DNA of 64,000 nucleotides, taken from NCBI RefSeq assembly GCF_009914755.1, contig NC_060927.1. One strand, 5' to 3'. The position numbers and the translations under genes are program-made. Positions 12,726 to 23,459 of this stretch are shown here, piece after piece; the stretch's first letter is position 1; every line of letters begins with the position of its first letter. Below the pieces are notes generated by a model. It saw only the letters and a program-made list of their open reading frames with translations. It did not search any database and was not told where the DNA came from. Source of the stretch: the human T2T-CHM13v2.0 reference genome, Homo sapiens.

Positions 12726-13481
12726 CAGTTTTAACCCATTATTTGTGTTAACACTTTACCTGACATATCTTGTATTTCAAGAAAAAAAATATATAAATTC
12801 TTTCAAAATTACTGACTGTTTAGTAGTCAAATTAATAAAAATGCCATAGTGATTGCCTAGTATTGTGTGGTGATATTAACATTCCTAAGAGTTACCAATG
12901 TTAAATATTCAAAACACAATTTGGCATATTCCTTAATTTTATTTTCCCTGAAAAGCAGAAATAAAGTAAAAAGCACTTTACACATCGGTACTGTGACTGC
13001 CCAGTCTGGTGTAGAGAACGTGAACCTACCTGATCGATTAAATGAAATATCACCTCTGGATTTCAAGTGAACTCTAGAACTGATGCTAGATAATTGGAAA
13101 AATAAAAACATCTGTCCAGAAGGGGGAACTTGATCTTGACCCAGAAAGGGTAAAGAACTGGATACGGATAATCTAATAATATATTTCAGCTTTGATTTCC
13201 AACATTACCTGCTTGATTAATTATGTGGCTTCATTTGAGGATGTGGAATATTTGATGTTGAAAAATTAACAAGGGAGAGGGAAGAAAATGAAGACACCAG
13301 GGAGAAAAGGAAGGAAGTACGATAAATGTAAATTGGGCCTATATAAATTTATATTTAGAGATTCCAGAGGCTGACAGTCATTGATCATTCAAGAATTTAA
13401 TCTCTGCCATATTAATTTTGAGGAGATACAAGTTTTGAGTATAGATTAGTTGATTACAAGAACATGCATAGTTCCCTAAAG

Positions 13482-13697
13482 CAGGTGTTAGCAAATTACA
13501 GCTCAGGAGCCAAATTCACTTTCATCCTGTTTTGGTAAACATAGTTTGATCAGAATACAGTCATACTTATTTATTTATGTATTAACTATGACTGTTTTTG
13601 TGCTACAATGACAGAATTGACTAGATCTGACAGAAATCCTATGACCCACAAAGCTTAGAATATCTGGATCTTTACAGAAAACGTTTGCAGACCCCTG
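13482..13697. mobile_element. MER58A hAT-Charlie DNA transposon
   Basis: TIR-like ends caggtgttagcaaa / tttgcagacccctg; about 215 bp. Confidence 0.8.
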
Positions 13698-13704
13698 CCC
13701 TAAA

Positions 13705-13870
13705 ACCTTACTACTGTAAGTGTGGTCTGGAGGGAATAGCTTATGCACCACAAGAAAGATTATTAGAAATGCAAAATCTTGGGCTCCACTTCAAGCCTCT
13801 TCAATCAGAATCCGTACTTTAACCAGCTTGTCAAATGACGTAATGACACACACACGATCGAGTAGTACCA
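13705..13870. mobile_element. MER5-family DNA transposon fragment
   Basis: agtgtggtc...ttagaaatgcaaaatcttgggctccac...aatcagaatc...tttaac. Confidence 0.6.
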
Positions 13871-13963
13871 TCTTAAAATAATTTCTTTTTGTTTACAAAT
13901 ACATAGAACATGGGTTCATAAGCGGACATAATGTTTGCCATTTTCTGGCATATATTTGTGAGG

Positions 13964-14336
13964 TGATATGGTTTGGCTGTGTCCCCACCCAAATCTTATC
14001 TTGAATTATAATTCCCGTAATCTCCCCGTATTGAGCAAGGGACCCAGTGGTCAGTGATTGAATCATGGATGTGGTTTCCCCCATGATGTTCTTGTGATAG
14101 TGAGTTCTCACCAGATCTGATGGTTTTATATGTGTTTGACAATTCCTCCTTCACACACACTCTCTACTGCTACCTTGCGAAGAAAGTACCTGCTTCCCCT
14201 TTGCCTTCTGCCATGATTGTAAGTTTCCTGAGTTCTTCCCAGCCATGTGGAACTGTGAGTCAATTAAACCTCTTTCCTTTAAAAATTACCCCATTTTAGG
14301 CAGTTCTTTATAGCAGTATGAAAATGGACTAATACA
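13964..14336 (+). mobile_element. THE1 (probably THE1D) MaLR solo LTR
   Basis: tgatatggtttggctgtgtccccacccaaatc ... aaaatggactaataca; TSD tgagg/tgaag. Confidence 0.92.
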
Positions 14337-14372
14337 TGAAGATTAGACCCTAATATTTTCTATGAGTTTTAA

Positions 14373-14768
<396 letters not shown>

Positions 14769-16619
14769 TGAAATATCTATAGGAACAGAACATTCTGAAA
14801 ATACATAAGTTAGAATCTCTGTGAGTGTTGGAAGAAGGTGTTCTTTAAATTGCCAACAGGCAATGAATGTACTAAAACTAGTGGTGGTTCACATTCAGAA
14901 ACTGTCTAATTGAAACACTATTAAGCTACAATAATAATATTTTAAAAAACTGTTTATAGTTTTATAGTTGAATCAGTCTGAAGAGTTTCTTTATTCTCTT
15001 AATCAGAGAGAACTTGCATCTCATCAGCATAGGTACATGTTTAAAATGGAAAATACAGAAATATGCTTATTGGATGATGGAAGTATAGCTCTATTTAATA
15101 GATATTTCATATTTAGTATTTTATTATTAAGCTTAGTTCAGTATAAGTGCACATTTTCAATGTCATGAATACATGGCATGAATGATGTGAGAAGCAATTT
15201 GCATTTATATAGCACCTTTCAAAGGCTTAGGATAGCAAAGCAAAGCATAAATGCTTGTGTAACTCTGCAATTAAGAATTCACTTCTAATTACTCCTACTT
15301 AAATGTGCAGTCTCTTTTTAATCACAACATTTTTACACCTGTGGTTAAGTGCTCTGACAGAGCCTTAACCTTATCTCTAAAGCATGCAAATTGCATGACT
15401 GGATTTTGTAATGAAGGCTTAGTTTGCCAGTGGGGAAATGATCACAGACATGTAACACCAATAACAATATTAAAGACATAGCTAAATTTAAAAGTATCAT
15501 TCTCTTGTATTATCTACTCATCCAGACCAAAACACACACACGGTAATGACTGTCCAGCTCCGGAGCATGCTTAAGATTCAGGCCCAGATGTACTTCTGCA
15601 GGAAGTTAAGAGATGAGATCTGTAAACCATGTTGTAAACGTGTGCTTGCCTGTAGTAAATCTTTAGCTACTGGAGCTACAATTGCTAACATGTGAGGTTC
15701 CTAGTTCTCTTGTATAACCAAGGGACTAGTAAATAACATGGTGTTAAAAAAAATTGATATCCTACTACTAGGGGAAAGCACAATTCAGCTGCAACATATG
15801 GTTCTGGAAAGCTGCAGCCTTGTAAATGGAGCTGAGGAAAGAAAAGCAATTCTGGAAAGGTGGTTGTACCTAAAGAGAAGGCCCTGGTTACAGCCATCTA
15901 CATAACTGACTGCAGTAAAGCTTGAAGCCCCATTTTCAAAAGCTGATTAGAATGAAGATTTATTGGGAACCTATGGTGATCTGGGGACCAGTGTAACACA
16001 AATAGACAAGGTTTTGTTCCCAAACCTTGAAAGGCTGCCAATATACAGCAGAATTGGGTATACGTAGAAGCAAACAAATTTCAAAAATCCATAGTCAATT
16101 GTGAAGAATTAGAAGTCAGAAGTTCTTGGATTTTTGTAAAGTATTTAATTGTGTGAAAAATAACTTTGAAATAGATCATCCATTTCAAAATCAGATACTG
16201 AGCCAGTCCGAAACAGCAAGTATTGTGTGCATCTCCATGATCAAAATAATAACAATAACAGCAATAACAATAATAATAATCAAGTAGGTGTGTACTTTCT
16301 GTACTCAGTACAGTACAGTACTTTCTGTACTCAGGAAGGTCATAGGATAGAGAAAAAGGGAGGAATAAGTAAACATAGTGATGTGTGCTTCCATAAAGCT
16401 TTTGCAGTGTGCTATGAGAGCAAACAGGAGATATTTAATTCTGTTCGCCTTTGGAAAAACTTCAGAGAGGCAAGGCAATTTCAAATACCAGTAGGATTCT
16501 GCCAGCCATAATATTGGTGAAGGAGGAGTGAATATCAAAGAGTAAGAACATTCTAATATGAGTATTCACACAAATTCTTTATGTGACCCTTGACTTTGAC
16601 CCTTGACATTGCAGTTCTA

Positions 16620-16840
16620 GCATATTAATTAGGAGTACAACCTCAAAAGTCAAATTGTCTCTATTTACTTCTAACTGTGTTACTCTGAACAAATTACTTA
16701 ACCTGCCTGAGTCTCAGTTTCTTTATCTATAATGGGGAAAGATAAAATATGCTTTAGAGAAATGTTGTGAGGACTTAACAATATTTAATGTAAAATAACT
16801 AGCATTTTGATGCACAACTAATATTCAGTAAATGTTAGCT
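16620..16840 (+). mobile_element. MIR SINE
   Basis: aaattacttaacctgcctgagtctcagtttctttatctataatgggga...gttgtgagga. Confidence 0.75.
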
Positions 16841-17049
16841 GCTGTTTTTCTTTTTTTTTTTTTTAACTTTTGTTTCCTTTTAAGTAATGTTCCTTTTAAG
16901 TAATTTCCAATACATGGTGAAAGAAGCAGCAAAACAAAGCCTCCTTTGCTTTAGGAAGTCTGCCTGTTTCTAGCATTAGGAGCAAAAGGTAGTGGTGCTG
17001 CCGTTGGAGATAAATAAAATATAATATCAACCACCATCTTTAAACCCGC

Positions 17050-17180
17050 TTTATTTCCCACTCACATTTTTCATTATACATATCTAGTCTTTACAATAAT
17101 CATATGAAGCAGGTAATGTTACTATTATTCCCATTTTACAAATGAGGAAACTAAAGCTTAAAGAGAACAATTCTCAAGTT
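17050..17180 (-). mobile_element. MIR SINE fragment
   Basis: attattcccattttacaaatgaggaaactaaagc. Confidence 0.75.
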
Positions 17181-18558
17181 AAAAGAGCCATTTTATGAAG
17201 TCATTATTAAAATTTGGGTGTTCTAGCCAACACCTAAATGTTCATTAAGAACACCTAAATTTTAAGGGTGCCAGTTCTTAATCACTTTTTTGAAATGTTC
17301 TTAGATAGACTTTGGTCCAAAATAATCATTCTTCACGAACTGAAGCATAAGGGGAACCTGGCTTCTGTGTCCAGCAGGGTGGGTGGTCTAGGAATTATGA
17401 AAGACTCCCCTAACTAAAATTCTAAAATACTCAGAAAAAAACATATTTTTAATGACACGGGAGAGTTTACAAAAAGTCAAGAATTATGTGAAAGCAGAAA
17501 TTCTGGGAGATAAATGATCAACAATACCAATTTTCAACAAGGAAATCTCTATTGAATCTTGGAGACTTGGAGATACCATAGTAATGGTCAAATGGTGTAG
17601 GGGAAAAATGCTAAAGCCTAAAGCTAACCAAACCTGGGTGACTTAATAGATGACTTCCACACACAACTAAGACCTTCAAAGGTAATCAGAAAAGAAGTGA
17701 GAGGAGCCCACGTGCCATGGCTATGATATCTCTCCATAATCCACAGCACAAAGAGCCAGAATGGATGGAAAAAAACATCATGTTAGGATGGTAGTGAATT
17801 AAAGGCTGTTTTGCTAGTTTAACTTCATGCTGCCAACCAACGGAGCTGTAGATTCATGCAGTAGTGTTCCTTTATTTGCCTTCATCTAAAATTTTACTAT
17901 ATGAATACTAGATTGCAATTGTATGGAAAGTACCTTGGACTTCCAGTGTAGGCTTGTTGACTAAACGATAGTAATTTGGTAACAACAACAACAAAGTATC
18001 AGAAAGAAGAATCAGTCTCCAGTCTCACCTATCATTTCTCTGACCTATATTTGGAAATGCTCACTTGGACCCAATAATTTTGTTTCAGAACCGACATTCT
18101 TAATTCAAAGAAACTCTAGGAGTTAATATAAATTCTGAATCAAATTTGGGCTTTATGTTTCCTGAGTAGACAGCACCTTACCCTCACTGTAATGTTATCT
18201 CTCCATTTCATTTTTGTTAATTATATTGTACTTGAGTTTATGGCAGTTCCATTCTTCATATCCTTGTTCATAGCCCAAGTAGTCCAAATGTGTTGACTGA
18301 AGAATATCAGAGACATGAGTCAGAAAAATGTCTAAGGACAAAACAATTTGGAGGTAGACATGAATATTTCCACTAATGGAGATCAGCCAGGATGTCCACA
18401 CAGAGTGACTAAGTACATGAAGGGAGATAGAGAAAGTAAGTAAGAGTTGGTCAGAAAATTCATGTTTTTCTTACAGACTAACAAGGCACAGACGTATCAC
18501 TCGGGGAGTTAGAAACAATTACACATGACTCACGCCAAGCATTTTAAAGCCACAAAAT

Positions 18559-18684
18559 TTTCACAAAAGTATTCTACTGTTTCTCTTTCCTTCTATTCAT
18601 GCTCAAATATTCCCCCCTGCGTTTCACAAAAGTATTCTATTGTTTCTCTTTCCTTCTATTCACACTCAAATATTCCCCCCTGCG
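18559..18684. repeat. 63-bp tandem duplication (2 copies, 3 mismatches)
   Basis: tttcacaaaagtattcta...tattcccccctgcg at 18559-18621 and 18622-18684. Confidence 0.95.
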
Positions 18685-20049
18685 TGTCTACTCTTAAGCT
18701 GGCTGGTTATGGTAGGTTAGATTATTAAAGACTTTGAAAGCTAAGAAAAAGTGTTTATATATGAGACAGGCAAAAGACAGCCTTTGTAGATTTCTGAACA
18801 AAGGAATAGCATGAGGAATGTGGAACTAAGGGAACTTCAGAGTGGAAGGAATCTGTTAGATGAACTGGAATTCAAAATGGAAGTAAAAATTGTAATTCAG
18901 ATCACATAGGGATTCTTAAATATTTTCTTATATCAAATAGATTGACTACTGGTTGTTATGAGGTAGAGATTTTGTGTTTAGTTCAATTTAACTAACACTG
19001 ATATTGTGCTTTCTGTGGGTCTGAGTGTCTTGCTAGCAGTTTAAAACATGGAGACAGCCATTATTGAGCTTTGCTTTGGGTTTTATCAATTCAAAAACAA
19101 AATCAATAGACATATGTGTAGTTTTCTATGTATAACACCTTAGCCAAGAAATTTTGTAGAAATGTTTCATAAAACTTCTTTTCATCTGAAGTCGCTCAGA
19201 TTCTCAGAATGGCAACTAGAAGGGTGAACAGAAAATAAATTGAGAGACAGTCAGATTATGAATCCACAGAAATTTACATGGCTAATAATTTTAAATTTTG
19301 AAGTCAGAAGGACATACATTGAACTTCTGGTTCTGTCATATTTTAGCTACAGAATTTTGCATTTCTCTTTGGTAAAATGGGGATAGTAAGGTGATTCACA
19401 AAAGGTTTTCTGGGTGCAGCAAACTAGAAACTTTTGTCAAAATTATCTAGAATAACATGTGGCCCAGAAAACTCTCAGTATGTATTCATTTACTTCCTTC
19501 CTCAATATTCAAAGAAAAGCTGGAAGCATAAATTGGAATTCCCAGACCTAATAGTCTTCCTTACAAGTTCACACATCAACAGCTGATCTAGCCACTATTT
19601 TATTTTCACCCACAGCCACCAGCTTCTTACATGCATAGACAATTCTCTTACTGTTTTGGCATGTTGCACAGCCCTTTGCTATTTTACAAATCACTTCGGT
19701 TCACCTAGAGCCAAACTTTTATCCACCTAAAGGATAAAAATCACTTTAAACAAAAAAAATAATATAAAACTGTATCTCCAGAGCCAGAGAGCCCAGACTA
19801 GTTGTCCACATTAATGCAAAGAGGAATCATTAAAGCTTACTGCAGGATAACATTGTAAGGAACCACTGCATATGTTCTTTTGCTTTATTCTGTTCTTGAA
19901 AATGGAATAAAATGAGACTTGCATTTAAAAAATCTCTCTCCATGTTAAAGTACCTTTCTGTGTTGTTATGTAGGTTTTTATAATATTAAATATTCTGTTT
20001 TTCCTCCCTTTTTTCTTATCTTTTCACCATGCATGCTGGCACATGGGTT

Positions 20050-20280
20050 CCAGTGTTTAGCAGACCTGATTCAAATCCTGTTTGGCCAACTGCTGTCTCC
20101 CCTGAGAGAGTTACCTCAGTTCTCTGAGGCTCAGTGTATTTATATGAAAATGGACAAAAATACGCTATGGCATAGTTGTGAAGATTAAGTGAGATAAAAT
20201 ATTAAAACATTTGCATAGTTGTCTGATATAGGTAAAAATGCTCAATAAATATTAGCAGCGATTCATAACTATTATTACCA
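20050..20280 (+). mobile_element. MIR SINE
   Basis: ttcaaatcctg...ctctgaggctcagt...gttgtgaagattaagtgagataa...gctcaataaatattagc. Confidence 0.75.
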
Positions 20281-20859
20281 GACATAGGGAATGGATGTAG
20301 TAACACCTATGTAAATTCACACAAAGTTTGAACTCCCTGCAGTTCTTTAAGGCATTATATTGATAGAACTCTGAGAATCTAAAGGTTCAAGTCCACTCAG
20401 AGTCCCGGAAATTTGGACCTAAAACTGAATATTTTACCTACGATTGAATGAATATTTAGACAAAAACTGAAAAGCCAGAGACATTATGATATATACATGG
20501 GAAAATACTGGTCAAGATAGTATAAAGAAAAGAGATATGAAGGCATAATCTTTAGTGGAAATAAACTGATTTGTTTCATGCACTCTTTAAAATATGTTAT
20601 TCTGTACAGAATATAAGCAGTGTGATATCTGCTATAAAATGCTCACAGATATTTACAATCATACTTTCTAACTTATTGCAGAGCCAGCCAGTCTCAGGAA
20701 GGTGATAGGCCTGACACATACTGAGGTATGTTTCCTAAAATCCCCTCACAAAGAAAGATTTTAAAAATTGATACAGTTAAGGCTTTTTTTATTAATAACA
20801 AAGATAACTTTCAGTGGAAAAGAGGGGCTTATCACCAAAACAAAAACTCCAGACTGAGG

Positions 20860-21030
20860 AGTTGGTGTAAAATCAGAAGTCTTGGGTTTTCAATTTTGTG
20901 TTTTCTGTTTATCTGGGCAACCTTAGACAAGTCACCCAACCTCTCTGAGCTTCAGTTCCTTCCCTGTCTTAACAGGTTACTGTGAGAAGCAGAATGAGAT
21001 GATGAGGGTGAAAGGACTCTGTTAGTGTTT
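20860..21030 (+). mobile_element. MIR SINE fragment
   Basis: accttagacaagtcacccaacctctctgagcttcagttcct. Confidence 0.65.
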
Positions 21031-23210
21031 CTAACATCACTACTCCCTTGTATGCAATAAATACCTCCACCCAGTTACCATAGACATACATAAAGTGGCT
21101 TCTGCCCTATTCTAAGATTTCTTCTGATCCTCTTATTTTTAAATTTCTAGTATCTGCCCTTCTATATGGTCTTGCTTGACTTTGTACCTCTAATTCCCTG
21201 TTGTTTACCATGCCCCTATCTCATTCAACAGCAGACATCAAATGGCACACTACCAGGCTCAGACCCACAATCCCAGAAGAGATTGTGTTTAGAGGCTGAC
21301 CTTTGGCTCCATCAACACTCTGCTAGCCAACACTTTGGCCGCAAGTTCACTCTGCTATCCACAGCTCTGGGGCACTTCTCTGGCTGTCTGTTAGTAACCA
21401 CTAACCTAACCCAACCTCATTGGCCAGGTAAAAGCTATCGAAAATAAACTGAAAATTGCTATCTCTATATGTCCATGAGGTTTAATACAGGAAAGCTGAT
21501 AGTCAAAAGTCAAGTTCAAATGCATTGGTCTCCACAGTGAAGAATGTCTTTAGCTGAATACAAGACTGGAGTCAACACCGACTGTCTCAGAGTTTTATCT
21601 CCCTTTCCTGCTGCAGTCTAAATCATTCCAGTTCACAGAACCCTCCACAGCACAGGGAATAGCATTTGGAATATACTTCTCCTGGGACTTAAGTCCTGAC
21701 CCAAGGATATGTGCTCAAAAGGCACAGGTAGGAGGAGCGAGCAGCTTCCAGGTGGATTACTGATTCTTGAGAAGGAGCTCACATACTGGAAATGGTACAG
21801 ATCATCCTGAGGACAGAATACTTGGCTGGATAACAGTGATACTGTCTATGCCACACTGCCTGTGGCTCATAAATTCCAGTAACATCAGGTTGGAAGGTAA
21901 TGAAGAAAGCTCAGTTTAGCAAGAATATCCCTTCCAAAAGTATGTTAAAAGTCTCCGTTAAAAAAGAGGACATTAAAGATACAACTACAAAAGAGCACTC
22001 TGCATGCCTCCAGCGCTCTTCTTCAGGCTTGGATTGGGCATCCTCTTCAGGTAAAAGCAATCTTTCTCACCTCTCCAGGAAGTCCTGGGAACCACTAGAG
22101 TTACATCATGGACCCCAGCTAACCATTAACTTGTAAGATATTGATCAAGTCACTTCATCCTCTTGACTTCAGTTTGCCCTTTTGTAAAATGAAGAGTTTT
22201 CTTCGATCTAAACGTCTGTGATGATATTCAGCCTTAAGATAGCAATAAGAATTAAATTATTCTTTTCTTTCAAATTAATGATTTTATGTTTGGAGTGAAT
22301 GAAGCTATTCTGCTGAAGAGAATTCAGCATCTCAGACTTTGAGTGCTCTGCAAAAGCATTTTATGGATCACTGACTCCCAAACTTTTCCCAAATCAGCAT
22401 ACTAAGAAATGAAACACACTCACATTAGTAGCAGTGGCTCACCATAGTATTCATGCATATGGGTTAGGTTGGTTAAGTATCAAATGTATGTGTAAGCTGA
22501 AATTCCCCAGGTAATTCCTATATGTTCTTTTCATGCTATATTGAGAATCACTCTCACAGACTGAATTTATTACAGAAACACATAGACTGCAAAAGTTTCA
22601 AAAGAAAAGAACTTCCAAGTGGCCAGTCTTTTACTGAAAGAATTAAAGATGAATCTATTCCAGGATGCTGACTTACATAGTTATTAGACAGCATCTGCAC
22701 AGCAGACTAAGGTACAAATATAAATCCAAAGAAAGGAAAATGTGAATGTAGAAGGCTTTAATTGTTAAGCTTTGTTAGTTTTTTAATTAATTAGAAAGTT
22801 AATCATACTTGATTTAACAAATTCGTTAATACAGCAATGTGGGAGGAAAAAACTTAGCAGCCACCACCTATACTTTTCTTCAGTCCACTCTACCGAAGGT
22901 AATATTTACAGCATGGGATGTATATGTCTACATCATTCTCTATGTTCGCACAAGCATACGGATTTGGTTTCAACAAAAATTGGGTAATACCATTACATAG
23001 TTACCACTACTTGTTTTTGTGCTTTTAAATATCATGGCTTCCCTTTCTGGTTATTATATAGATAGTGATAGAGGTAAAGATGTAGGTACAGATAGAGAGG
23101 TAGAGAGAGATGAGAGAAACAGAGACAGTATAGAATATATTCATTAGTGAACTATTTCCTGATGGATATTCAGGCATTTTCAGCTTTATTTGTTAACATC
23201 AAAAATTACT

Positions 23211-23363
23211 GGCCAGGCAGGGTAGCTCAGCTCTGTAATCCCAGCCCTTTGGGAGGGTGAGGAAGGATAAATCACTCAAGCCCTGGAAACAGAGGTTGCA
23301 GTGAGCCATGACTGCACCACTGCACTCCAGCCTGGGTGACAAAGACAGACTCTGTCTCAAAAA
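23211..23363 (+). mobile_element. Monomeric Alu (FRAM/FAM-like or internally deleted Alu)
   Basis: One ~150-bp monomer from ggccaggcag to tctgtctcaaaaa; TSD aaattact on both sides. Confidence 0.85.
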
Positions 23364-23459
23364 GAAATTACTTAAAGAAATATCTTTATACATCTCCCTC
23401 ATATCCTTACAAAAAGAAATTACTTAAATAAATATCTTTATATATCTCTCATATCCTTA
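23358..23459. repeat. ~52-bp tandem duplication covering the Alu tail, 3' TSD and flank
   Basis: caaaaagaaattacttaaa...atatcctta at 23358-23409 and 23410-23459. Confidence 0.9.

Noticed and set aside
18559-18684. Direct repeats as a possible CRISPR-like array
   Set aside because: Two adjacent copies with no spacers, eukaryotic context and no cas genes
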